Position numbers and translations under genes: made by a program | Shown: one piece after another, positions 1 through 8,308 of the stretch | Layout of the letters: each line of letters begins with the position of its first letter | Position numbering within the stretch: position 1 is the stretch's first letter | The notes under the pieces: model-generated | The model's input: the letters and a program-made list of their open reading frames with translations, nothing else | Database searches by the model: none | What the model was told of the DNA's origin: nothing | Source: a virus | Taxonomy: Duplodnaviria > Caudoviricetes | Virus record (IMG/VR): IMGVR_UViG_3300043908_002281 | Location: 1-34,764 of that record | Reading direction: 5' to 3' (one strand) | DNA: 34,764 bases

Positions 1-701
1 GAAATATGGCGGTAGAAAGATTGTGCAATTTCATTGGTTGAAAGATTGTTCTTTTCAAATCCTAATTCCCATTCAAATCCAATGAATGTCTTTGGTGTTC
101 CGGTGTTATTGTATATTAACTGATTCAAAGAAGATTTGCTTTGAATGTCAGTGCCATTGTCAACATCTACAAAATATGTTTCATTTGGCGAATATCCGCT
201 TGGAACACTTTTGCTTAAACATGCACATTGTCTTTTGAAATGCGTTTCACAACTCTTGCAATATTTAATCGCTCTAAGTTTTGAAAAGTTCATCGGAATC
301 CATTTTCTTAAATCAGATACAAAACATGTTTCATTTCTTAATGCATAGAAACTCCCATCAGAATTAAACACTCTTTGCATTATGCTTTTAGGCATCCATT
401 TGAATGCATCTCTTTCAACTGATTGAAGCGGTTGGAAATCTCCATTAACATATTCTTGTGCAAAATAGTTTTCAAAACTATCATTGCTTGAAGCGATACG
501 CACAAGATAGTTTTGGTTATTGTCATATCCATTAAACACAAAGAACTTTGAATATCTACCAACTCCATTATCATCAACAATGTAATCTCCATAAAACAAA
601 ACATTTGTTGTGCTTGATGAAGATTCAAATTCATCATTTCTGATTATGCTTGAAACATGCGTTGCGTCAAAGTCATTTGATTTGTTTTTAATTGTAGTCA
701 T
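1..701 (-). CDS. Putative amidoligase (Amidoligase_2-like), N-terminal part; runs off the window start
   Basis: Not in the ORF track; translated by hand. ATG at 701 follows GAGAGG and overlaps the upstream stop (TAATG). The frame is open to position 1: MTTIKNKSND...CKSCETHFKRQCAC...TFIGFEWELGF...FYRHI. GFEWE matches the family's first G-x-E-x-E motif. Confidence 0.8.
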   Translation of the reverse strand, partial: MTTIKNKSNDFDATHVSSIIRNDEFESSSSTTNVLFYGDYIVDDNGVGRYSKFFVFNGYDNNQNYLVRIASSNDSFENYFAQEYVNGDFQPLQSVERDAFKWMPKSIMQRVFNSDGSFYALRNETCFVSDLRKWIPMNFSKLRAIKYCKSCETHFKRQCACLSKSVPSGYSPNETYFVDVDNGTDIQSKSSLNQLIYNNTGTPKTFIGFEWELGFEKNNLSTNEIAQSFYRHI

Positions 702-1009
702 TATTTTACCTCTCTTTTTTTATTTAGTTTTAGTAATGCTATTTGTGATACAAAAGCAATGATTCCAAAAGATACAAACAACATGTATCCTATTGCGAAT
801 CTTTGGTGTGCTTCTTGTGTCATCAAATTAAAGCCGGTTTCATACATCACAATGAAACATTCAGTAATGCTAAAAAGCATTCCAATCAGTGCCATTGCAA
901 GTGTAAGAAACAAAGTATTTTTAAATGTACTTTTCATGATATTTTCACTCACTTTCATGGTGTCAAGTGTGCTTGACATCCATTGTTGGTTATTTTGTCT
1001 CGTTATCAT
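701..1009 (-). CDS. Small membrane protein (two hydrophobic helices), first gene of the amidoligase operon
   Basis: Hydrophobic stretches TLFLTLAMALIGMLFSI and FAIGYMLFVSFGIIAFVSQIALL. The start is either a leaderless ATG at 1009 or the ATG at 937 after GTGAG. Confidence 0.65.
   Translation of the reverse strand: MITRQNNQQWMSSTLDTMKVSENIMKSTFKNTLFLTLAMALIGMLFSITECFIVMYETGFNLMTQEAHQRFAIGYMLFVSFGIIAFVSQIALLKLNKKREVK
957..983. promoter_or_regulatory. Hairpin in the 5' part of the early transcript
   Basis: TGTCAAG-tgtg-CTTGACA at 961-978, extendable by ATGG/CCAT with a bulge. Confidence 0.5.
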
Positions 1010-1014
1010 GCCCA

Positions 1015-1047
1015 AATTTAGTGAATCTTTCTATTGAAAGTCAATAG
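1015..1047 (-). promoter_or_regulatory. Sigma70-type promoter with an overlapping palindrome
   Basis: TTGACT (1044-1039), 18 nt, TAAATT (1020-1015). The palindrome CTATTGA-aag-TCAATAG (1031-1047) overlaps the -35 box. Confidence 0.6.
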
Positions 1048-1416
1048 CATATATATATATGTGTAAAATCAGTGATTTTGCTTCATTTGTCATGGTTGGA
1101 ATCTCTGATTCCCTTTCAAATTACCTATACCAAGAACACTTGATTTGATGCCATTAATTTGCCTTTGATTCATTGTGCTTTATTGTGCGTTTTTTTCACT
1201 TGCTCACCGCTCACGCTCCGGCAAATCTTTTCTCCGCTCACTTACTCCGGCATGTACCAAAACCGCCATTTTGAAACATGTTAGATTTTTATCTTTTCAG
1301 TCGGGCATAGAGCGGATACGCATTTCTCCGTGGGAGACATGTCGCACTCCACAAAAAAGGCAAAATAAAATTCGCAAGGTTGCACAAAACAATTCGCCTA
1401 CCTAAATTCAACCTAT

Positions 1417-1740
1417 ATGGCACATTCAGATAAGAAAAAAGCAATGCTCAAGCGTTATGGCTTAAAAGGCGTAAATAAGCCCAAAATGACACCTTCTCAT
1501 CCCAAGAAAAAGGCAGTAGTTTTGGCTTCCAGTGGACACAATTTAAAGCTCATACGATTTGGAGCAAAAGGCTATGGACATAACTATAGCCCAGAGGCTC
1601 GTAAAAGCTTCAAAGCAAGACATGCAGCTAATATAAAAAAAGGCAGAATGTCGGCAGCGTATTGGGCAGATAAATTCTTATGGAGTGGTCCAAGCGGAAG
1701 GAAAAGACAACCAAGTAAAGGTCAAAGAAGGAAAGGATAA
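1417..1740 (+). CDS. Basic (Lys/Arg-rich) conserved viral protein, DUF5754-like
   Basis: IRFGAKGY...RKSFKARH...SAAYWADKFLW pattern recalled from marine viral proteins; TAATG-coupled to the next ORF. Confidence 0.65.
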   Translation: MAHSDKKKAMLKRYGLKGVNKPKMTPSHPKKKAVVLASSGHNLKLIRFGAKGYGHNYSPEARKSFKARHAANIKKGRMSAAYWADKFLWSGPSGRKRQPSKGQRRKG

Positions 1741-1904
1741 TGTTTGAATACTGTCCTATGATAAAAGCCAAATGTAGTTTCGCAGCAATGCGTAAAGAAG
1801 TATTACATTGTGGATTGCAGACTGGGAATGCAGAGCAAACAAAAGTGATTAATATGTTCAAGTGTCCGAAAGATGATATTAAGAAAAAATCCAAAAGGAG
1901 ATAA
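1740..1904 (+). CDS. Small Cys-containing hypothetical protein (54 aa)
   Basis: Hand translation MFEYCPMIKAKCSFAAMRKEVLHCGLQTGNAEQTKVINMFKCPKDDIKKKSKRR; TAATG coupling; fills the gap between neighbours. Confidence 0.65.
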   Translation: MFEYCPMIKAKCSFAAMRKEVLHCGLQTGNAEQTKVINMFKCPKDDIKKKSKRR

Positions 1905-1905
1905 A

Positions 1906-2061
1906 ATGAATATTATTATTAGCAAAGTATTAACTGGTGTATTGAGTGAAAAAGTATTAATCGCAGTATTACTTAAAGTTGGAGACTTCCTTGTAGCTAA
2001 ATCTTCTAACAAACTTGATGATGAAGTTTGGGCAGAAGTTCGTAAAGCATTAAAAAAATAA
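1906..2061 (+). CDS. Small amphipathic hypothetical protein (51 aa)
   Basis: AAGGAG SD before the ATG at 1906; MNIIISKVL...NKLDDEVW. Confidence 0.65.
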   Translation: MNIIISKVLTGVLSEKVLIAVLLKVGDFLVAKSSNKLDDEVWAEVRKALKK

Positions 2062-2071
2062 GGAGATATAA

Positions 2072-2287
2072 ATGCCCATTTATGAATATATGTGTAAGTG
2101 TAAGTGCAAAAAGATTGTCAGTACCATTATGAGTGTTGAAAATAGAAATAAAGATATAACACATCCTTGTGATGAGTGTGGCAAAGTAAAAGCAAAGAGA
2201 ATCTTTAGTAAACCATTGATTAAGGTTTATAATGGGCATTTCTCTGATTTCAAAGATAGTGATGTATTAGGAGAGACTGAAATTTGA
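2072..2287 (+). CDS. FmdB-like zinc-ribbon protein
   Basis: MPIYEYxC...CDECG pattern; AGGAG SD. Confidence 0.75.
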   Translation: MPIYEYMCKCKCKKIVSTIMSVENRNKDITHPCDECGKVKAKRIFSKPLIKVYNGHFSDFKDSDVLGETEI

Positions 2288-2421
2288 GAGGATTAAAACC
2301 ACAAGTCAAAAGACATACCAATGGAAAGAAAAAGACAAGACAAGGTAGAAGTCATAATACAAAGTATGGCACAAAGCTTTCCAAAAAGTATTATAAAAAG
2401 AAATACAGAGGACAAGGATGA
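2284..2421 (+). CDS. Small basic protein ending in YRGQG (45 aa)
   Basis: Hand translation from TTG: MRGLKPQVKRHTNGKKKTRQGRSHNTKYGTKLSKKYYKKKYRGQG; overlaps both neighbours by 4 nt. Confidence 0.65.
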   Translation: MRGLKPQVKRHTNGKKKTRQGRSHNTKYGTKLSKKYYKKKYRGQG

Positions 2422-2972
2422 ATCTTAATAAAAAACAAGCAGAGTTTGCTACTATCTATGTCAATAATCCCGAAATGACTCTTACAGACATATCAAAAGA
2501 GGTAGGAGTGCATAGAAACACTATTACTAATTGGTTAGCAGATAAAGAGTTTGTTGAATCCTTGTATCAAACCTATATGCAGTCATTTGGAGCAAAACTA
2601 CCATCTGTATTACAGTCTATGTATAAAGAAGCCATCAATGGCAATGTTCAAGCGGGTAGATTGATATTAGAACATTCCGGTAAACTGATTAAGAATGTAG
2701 AGGTTAAAGTGGAAAGTCCTTTTGAACGATTTTTAGAAGGACATAGAAAAATAGAAAATGCTATTGAGGTAGAAGAAGATATAACAGAGCTTTTAGAAGA
2801 TAATAGACAATCGCCAACAGAGAAACTGAATAAACAGAAATCAGACTCCAAAAAACTACTTGCTCGTGCGAAGAAGGTCGGATTAAAACCTTTAGGACCT
2901 GGTAGGCACACGAAAACAAAAAGAAAACAGTGGATAGAAAAACTTGAGAAGCTTGAAGTAGATAACTCTTAA
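2418..2972 (+). CDS. terS: Terminase small subunit (N-terminal HTH)
   Basis: LNKKQAEFA...TLTDISKEVGVHRNTITNW HTH, then a helical segment EAINGNVQAGRLILE; close to the packaging genes. Confidence 0.7.
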   Translation: MNLNKKQAEFATIYVNNPEMTLTDISKEVGVHRNTITNWLADKEFVESLYQTYMQSFGAKLPSVLQSMYKEAINGNVQAGRLILEHSGKLIKNVEVKVESPFERFLEGHRKIENAIEVEEDITELLEDNRQSPTEKLNKQKSDSKKLLARAKKVGLKPLGPGRHTKTKRKQWIEKLEKLEVDNS

Positions 2973-3196
2973 GCATCTCCGAACAAGTCCAAATCTATAT
3001 CGTTTTCCTCTATATAAGCCATCATTTCTGCATCCATGTGTATAGAAACCAATTTTTTTGTTTCTGGACTGAATTTTGCACTTGATTGTTTCTTAGATAA
3101 TATAAAGCCTAATAAATTGTTATTATGCACTGCTATTTCCTCAACTTCGTCTATTCTTTTAAGAAGTTTTAACAATATTTCTTTTATTTTATCCAA
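2969..3196 (-). CDS. Hypothetical protein
   Basis: 75-aa ORF overlapping the upstream gene's end; its stop overlaps the terS stop (TTAA). Confidence 0.6.
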   Translation of the reverse strand: MDKIKEILLKLLKRIDEVEEIAVHNNNLLGFILSKKQSSAKFSPETKKLVSIHMDAEMMAYIEENDIDLDLFGDA

Positions 3197-3806
3197 GTTT
3201 GATGTTTCCTAAAGGTTTTTTAATAATTATTTTACCTTCTTTCAATTTACGCTTCATTCCAGCCATAAAACTACGAAAACTTTTCTTACCAGTATAGTCT
3301 TTTGGGATTCCAAACCATATTCTTGCCGGAACTTTCTTGCCCTTTACATTGAAAAAAGTTTGCTTTCTGTTATAAGTTTTTATTTCGCCACCTCTAATTT
3401 TTTGTGTTTTACTTCTTGCTCTACCAACTGCACTAAAATTAGTTTTAATTGTTTGTGGCTCTAAGTGATATTGTCCGTAATCTGCTCCCATTTGTATAAA
3501 TCCATAAAATTTGTTACTACCTTGTTTTTTAGCCTTTTGTACTTTGAGCTTTGACATTCTACCGGTTGCTAATAATGGTTTATCTTTAGATTTTCTTGTT
3601 TGTCGTCTAATTTTTCTCACTTTTTCAGTCACATTGCTTATTGGAGCGAATTTTTTGCCAGTGACTGGACTTTTTGATGTTTTTATACCTTTATTTATCT
3701 TTTTTTCTACAAATTCAATATCTTCGTTGATTCTTTTCACTATAAGCTTCGGTAATTCCTTACTTAAGTTCTCAAAATCGTGGTCAATCGTCAGAAACAG
3801 CTTCAT
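3189..3806 (-). CDS. Phage virion morphogenesis protein (Mu gpG / tail-completion-like)
   Basis: G-x-x-F-A-P-I-S, PLLATGRM and VPARIWFGI motifs; follows the portal gene. Confidence 0.65.
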   Translation of the reverse strand: MKLFLTIDHDFENLSKELPKLIVKRINEDIEFVEKKINKGIKTSKSPVTGKKFAPISNVTEKVRKIRRQTRKSKDKPLLATGRMSKLKVQKAKKQGSNKFYGFIQMGADYGQYHLEPQTIKTNFSAVGRARSKTQKIRGGEIKTYNRKQTFFNVKGKKVPARIWFGIPKDYTGKKSFRSFMAGMKRKLKEGKIIIKKPLGNIKLG

Positions 3807-5151
3807 TTTCTTCTTCTTGTTGATTTTCTTCTACATTTTGGACTTCGGCTTCTTCTTCTTGCTCAAAACTACCAGATAACAACTGATTTATTTCTTTATT
3901 TTGTGCAATTTGCTCTACAGCAGCTTCTAAATCTAAATCTTTATTGTTTTTCATTAAAATATGTGCTTGTGTAGTCAAATTGTTCTGTAAATCAAAGTTA
4001 TTTTGAAGAATTTGGTCTTGAGTAGTCATAGGATAATCAATATCATAAAAATCTATCATAAAATCGTCTGATTTTGGTAGTCTTATGTTATTATAAGACG
4101 CAATAGCCTCTTCTACCATATACATTTTGTGTTCAAAGATGCGAAACATCTCTTTGTCGTCTTGATAGTCCTCCATTCTTTCAACATCCTTAATTTTTAA
4201 GGCAATACCAGATGGAACTTCGCCTCCAGTATCAGAAAATGTGATATAAAGGTGGTTATTAAGGGCTACAAGCTCTAATTGTAGCTTTATATTCTCAATT
4301 ACAGACTCAATGTTGCCTTTTGGACTAACAATGTCAAAATTGCCGTTTTCTCCAAGCATTAAAATCTCATTACTACCTGCTCTTGCTATATTTTGGTCTG
4401 CAATGATACCAGAAGCGACTGGTTGTCCAAACATTTGGTATCTTAAGCCTAATTGCATCTCTGTCATAGTAATATTAATGTGTTCGTTAGCAGAAATGAT
4501 GTCATTAGCTCCTTCCACAAAGAAAGAATCAATTTGGTCCTCTCTGTGAAAGAAAACAAAAGGAAAAACACCGCTTTCATTAGTGATTTCCTCTAAAATC
4601 TTACCTTCTTGGTCATATTTGATATATCTTTCGCTATCATAATAAGAATATGTCATTTTTTCGTTATTGTAAGCATCATCTACTGGCATAAAGTTAGGAT
4701 AAGTAATTGCATAAGGATTAAATACATCACTATCGTCAAAAAATGGCATAAAGTAGTAAACTGGTACATACTCAAAGTATTTTTTGTCATCTTTTTCTTT
4801 ATAAAACACTCCAACTGCTACAGTACCTAATAATTTTGTCATTTTTTCAATGTGTTTCATTTTCACATTCTTTTTCATAGTCATATCTTCATAAATACCT
4901 TTAGGACTTCTTTTAGCTCCTACTGTATATAGTCTTGACATCTTATTAATGAATTTCTTTGTAATGTTTGCAGAATATTGAGGTATTTCCCTAAATGCAT
5001 CTGTGTCAAAAAAGTTTTTGATATACTTCTGTGTTTCTGTTCCAGTATAATAATCTAAATATTTAATTACTTCTTCTCGTTTATTTGAAACTGATTGAAG
5101 TTTAAATTCTTTTAAAGATTTTTTAATAATCTCTTGAGGTGTTAATATCAT
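3784..5151 (-). CDS. Portal protein (SPP1 gp6-like)
   Basis: 455 aa directly after terL; DYYTG, NITKKFINK and PSGIALKIK motifs; acidic C-terminus. Confidence 0.85.
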   Translation of the reverse strand: MILTPQEIIKKSLKEFKLQSVSNKREEVIKYLDYYTGTETQKYIKNFFDTDAFREIPQYSANITKKFINKMSRLYTVGAKRSPKGIYEDMTMKKNVKMKHIEKMTKLLGTVAVGVFYKEKDDKKYFEYVPVYYFMPFFDDSDVFNPYAITYPNFMPVDDAYNNEKMTYSYYDSERYIKYDQEGKILEEITNESGVFPFVFFHREDQIDSFFVEGANDIISANEHINITMTEMQLGLRYQMFGQPVASGIIADQNIARAGSNEILMLGENGNFDIVSPKGNIESVIENIKLQLELVALNNHLYITFSDTGGEVPSGIALKIKDVERMEDYQDDKEMFRIFEHKMYMVEEAIASYNNIRLPKSDDFMIDFYDIDYPMTTQDQILQNNFDLQNNLTTQAHILMKNNKDLDLEAAVEQIAQNKEINQLLSGSFEQEEEAEVQNVEENQQEEENEAVSDD

Positions 5152-6467
5152 CTTGCAATCCTTATTAATTCGTTATTTATCATTGGGAAGCGATTAGTTA
5201 TAAAGTATCTAAAAGCATCACAACCATGTTCATAAAACCCATCTTTTATTGGGTCATTAGATAAAGTCTTACCTTCTACTTCTTCTGGATACCTATAATT
5301 TTCAAAGTCTTCTATAATACCAGTACACTTATCAGATACTGATATTTTTCTTTCTCCAGAGGCAGATTCAAAGAAACCTCTAACATAACTTACAGAGGAC
5401 GCAATGTTTCTACTTGCTTTATCAGTCCTAAATCTAACATTAATCCCGCAATTTTTAAAGATTTCTATATCTCCCATACCAGTTTGTCCTTGTACATTAT
5501 ATCCAGCTGGGTCTCCATAGTAATGAAGGACTGGATAATTCTTATCTAAAATCATTTGTGCAAATGTTTCTGTAGCAACATTTTTCTTATGTATAATTTC
5601 GTCAATTATATTTATATACCAAACACCATTATTCCTATATGTTTGCAAAAATAATGCTGCCGGCATTCTATAGCCAAAGTCAATCGTACAATAAGTTGGA
5701 AGGTGTGATTGATATTTAACTTTCTTTACATCTATATCTCTATCAAACGGATATACCTTACCTTGAAATGATGCAAACTTTGCTCCATACTCTTGGTCAA
5801 ATATTTCTTTAGATAAATTTCTTTTTCTTTCTTGTAGGAACTCGTCATTATAACCATCTGGGAATGCGTGATAGTTATCCCAACTTGGAGATGATGTTGA
5901 ATACCACTTAGGGTCTTGTTTACCTAATAGGTATAAATCGTAAATCCAATTATAGCCATTTGGAGTGGTAATAAAGATAGCCTTACCTTTTTTATCAGAT
6001 AAGGTTGGAGATAAATACATATCCCAAATCTTTCTTGGCATTCTTGCAGCTTCGTCAATAATAACCAAGTCTAATCCCTCCCCAAGCAAAGAAGATGGAT
6101 TGTCTGCAGACATTCCTTCTACTGTGCTTCCCCAAGCAAATCTTATATACTGCTCTTTTTCAGATGCAGCAACAATATCTTTCTTGTTTCCCTTAACCAT
6201 ATTTTTATAAACTTCCCTAAACATTAATCGTGACTTTTTATAAGACAATCCAACAAGCCATATCTTTTTATTAGGTTGTGCTGCGTAAAACTCTGCTTCA
6301 CGATACGCTGCAGTAGTCTTTCCATATCTTCTACCACAAATGTTTACAAAAAAAGATGCGTTTGGATTTTCTGGATAGTGCATCTTCTCTTGCCCTGGAT
6401 GAGGCTCGTAACCCATATATTCAAACCATTTCTTTTTGAATTGATATTCTTTTGGAACTTTATTCAT
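5148..6467 (-). CDS. terL: Terminase large subunit
   Basis: Walker A CGRRYGKT, Walker B LVIIDEAA, coupling motif ITTPNG, nuclease motifs IDFG, GDPAG and HGCDAFRY. Confidence 0.95.
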   Translation of the reverse strand: MNKVPKEYQFKKKWFEYMGYEPHPGQEKMHYPENPNASFFVNICGRRYGKTTAAYREAEFYAAQPNKKIWLVGLSYKKSRLMFREVYKNMVKGNKKDIVAASEKEQYIRFAWGSTVEGMSADNPSSLLGEGLDLVIIDEAARMPRKIWDMYLSPTLSDKKGKAIFITTPNGYNWIYDLYLLGKQDPKWYSTSSPSWDNYHAFPDGYNDEFLQERKRNLSKEIFDQEYGAKFASFQGKVYPFDRDIDVKKVKYQSHLPTYCTIDFGYRMPAALFLQTYRNNGVWYINIIDEIIHKKNVATETFAQMILDKNYPVLHYYGDPAGYNVQGQTGMGDIEIFKNCGINVRFRTDKASRNIASSVSYVRGFFESASGERKISVSDKCTGIIEDFENYRYPEEVEGKTLSNDPIKDGFYEHGCDAFRYFITNRFPMINNELIRIAR

Positions 6468-6535
6468 ATAAGTTGTAAAATTAGCATATAAAATTTACAT
6501 TTTATATTAATAATATATCCACAAAAGGAGTAAAA
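6468..6535. promoter_or_regulatory. Divergent intergenic region with a 9-bp inverted repeat
   Basis: ATATAAAAT-ttac-ATTTTATAT at 6486-6507, between the divergent terL and scaffold genes. Confidence 0.5.
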
Positions 6536-7075
6536 ATGGAAGAAAATATAAAAACACAAGCCCAAGAGGAGGGCGTAAAAGAGCCTCAAGACACTCAAGT
6601 CGTAGAAAAAGAGAATAGCGTACCATTTTCTCGTTTTAATGAAGTTATAGCAGAACGAAATGAACTTCGCTCTAATATGGAATCATTAAAAAAAGAGAAA
6701 GAACTGGCAAGAGCAGAGAAACTTGAAAAAGATGGAGAGTATCAAACTCTACTTGCGGAGGAACGACAAAAGGCGAAAGAGCTGGAAGATAAATATAATT
6801 CTACTCATGAAACCTTAACCCGCTATGAGACAGACGAAAGAAATCGTTTACTCAATAAGTTGCCAGAAGATAAGAGAGAAAAATACGACTCGGTTGATAT
6901 TTCTACTTTAAGAAACATGATAGAGGATTTTGGAGAACAACCCAAGCCAAATGTGAAACAAGCAGAGGCAGGGCTACAAAGAAAAACTTTATCTGAAAAT
7001 CCATTTAAGGATTTAAAAGATTCTGAAAGAAGAAATGATTGGTCAAGCGTAATAAACTCTTATAAGAAAGATTAA
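6536..7075 (+). CDS. Capsid scaffolding protein
   Basis: Charged coiled coil with VPFSRFNEVIAERN, immediately before the MCP; AAGGAG SD. Confidence 0.8.
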   Translation: MEENIKTQAQEEGVKEPQDTQVVEKENSVPFSRFNEVIAERNELRSNMESLKKEKELARAEKLEKDGEYQTLLAEERQKAKELEDKYNSTHETLTRYETDERNRLLNKLPEDKREKYDSVDISTLRNMIEDFGEQPKPNVKQAEAGLQRKTLSENPFKDLKDSERRNDWSSVINSYKKD

Positions 7076-7102
7076 TTTTAAAATTCTTAGGAGAATTATA
7101 AC

Positions 7103-7972
7103 ATGGCAAACGGAAATGTTACCCCAACAACAGCGGCAGTGTTTATCCCAGAAATGTGGAGAGACGCTATCCTAAATTATGCCGAGAGACAATTTAGTTT
7201 GAGAAATAGAGTTACTGACTTCTCATCTATGTTATCTCAAGGTGGAGATATTTTACATATCCCTCGTGTGACCGAAGAAGATGCTGCGGCTAAATCAGCT
7301 GGTAGTGCGGTCACTTACACTAACAATACAGACACTGAAACTCAACTTAGCGTGGACCAACACTGGTATAACGCAAAGAGAATTGATGACATTGTTAGAG
7401 TGCAAGAGTCAGCAGACTTATTCAATCAATACACAAGAGCTATGGGTTATGCTTTAGCTAAAAAAGTAGAAAACTACATTGCAAATGTAATGCAAGATGC
7501 TACTGGTAATGATGTGGCTTTATCAGCTGACAACACATTCACAACAGCTTTATTAAGAAGTGGTTTACAAAAACTTCTTGATGGAAATCATGACTATGCA
7601 GATGGAATGCACTATTTATACGCTTCCCCTGCAGCATATATGTCTCTTTTAAGCTTAGGCGATTTTGCAGAGGCTCATAAGAGAGGAGATGGAGAGAATC
7701 CATTGGCAGATGGTATGATTATGAAAGCTTACGGTCTTAACTTGTTCTCAAGTATTGACTGGGATGATGATGGAACATCTGGAGATGAAACAGCTACAAT
7801 CTTTAATCAAGACTCAATCTATTATGCTCAACAGATTTCGCCTCGTGTGCAATCAGAGTATGATATTGATTATCTTGCAACTTCAGTAGTTGCTGATACT
7901 CTATTTGGAGCTTGTTTAGCTAAATCAGCTTCAGACACTTCATTAGGGATTGTTAATTTTGTAAATCCATAA
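7103..7972 (+). CDS. Major capsid protein
   Basis: FIPEMW...GDILHIPRV N-terminus and VADTLFG C-terminus typical of HK97-fold capsids; follows the scaffold gene. Confidence 0.9.
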   Translation: MANGNVTPTTAAVFIPEMWRDAILNYAERQFSLRNRVTDFSSMLSQGGDILHIPRVTEEDAAAKSAGSAVTYTNNTDTETQLSVDQHWYNAKRIDDIVRVQESADLFNQYTRAMGYALAKKVENYIANVMQDATGNDVALSADNTFTTALLRSGLQKLLDGNHDYADGMHYLYASPAAYMSLLSLGDFAEAHKRGDGENPLADGMIMKAYGLNLFSSIDWDDDGTSGDETATIFNQDSIYYAQQISPRVQSEYDIDYLATSVVADTLFGACLAKSASDTSLGIVNFVNP

Positions 7973-7975
7973 TAA

Positions 7976-8010
7976 TAGTTAATTAGGGGAGCTTTTGCTC
8001 CCCTTAACTA
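7976..8010 (+). terminator. GC-rich hairpin after the MCP (weak terminator or mRNA stabiliser)
   Basis: AGGGGAGC-tttt-GCTCCCCT (7985-8004); no long U tract follows. Confidence 0.6.
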
Positions 8011-8021
8011 AAGGAGAAAGT

Positions 8022-8300
8022 ATGGCTAATTATATATCATCAAATACTGGAGCAGTTATTGATGCTTCAATAGATAAAATTGAAAACAGCGGTGTAACAC
8101 AAGCTGATTTAACTAAGTTAAATGGCGTCACTGCAAGTGCATCTGAATTAAATATAGCAGATGGATTAACTGCTACTACAACAGAGTTAAATCAATTAGA
8201 TGATAAAACAATAGGTGGAACGAATAATGACGACATTGTAGATGTCGCTTCAAGTCAAACTTTAGTAAATAAAACCCTTGATGGGGGAACATATATTTAG
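8022..8300 (+). CDS. Small fibre-like structural protein
   Basis: ATG at 8022 after AAGGAG; repeats VTASASELN / LTATTTELN; ends LDGGTYI. Confidence 0.65.
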   Translation: MANYISSNTGAVIDASIDKIENSGVTQADLTKLNGVTASASELNIADGLTATTTELNQLDDKTIGGTNNDDIVDVASSQTLVNKTLDGGTYI

Positions 8301-8308
8301 GAGATAAT

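Noticed and set aside
145-637. Track ORFs 145-348 (+) and 380-637 (-)
   Set aside because: They are shadows of the real minus-strand amidoligase frame that starts at 701.
1175-1405. 76-aa + strand ORF
   Set aside because: It has a GTG start without an SD, lies in a repeat-bearing intergenic region and shows no recognisable motifs.
2093-2110. TGTAAG tandem giving CKCKCK in the FmdB-like protein
   Set aside because: A 6-bp duplication that is too short to interpret.
2960-6535. Actively invertible segment
   Set aside because: I found no matching inverted repeats at the two junctions and no site-specific recombinase; the overlapping stops suggest a fixed arrangement.
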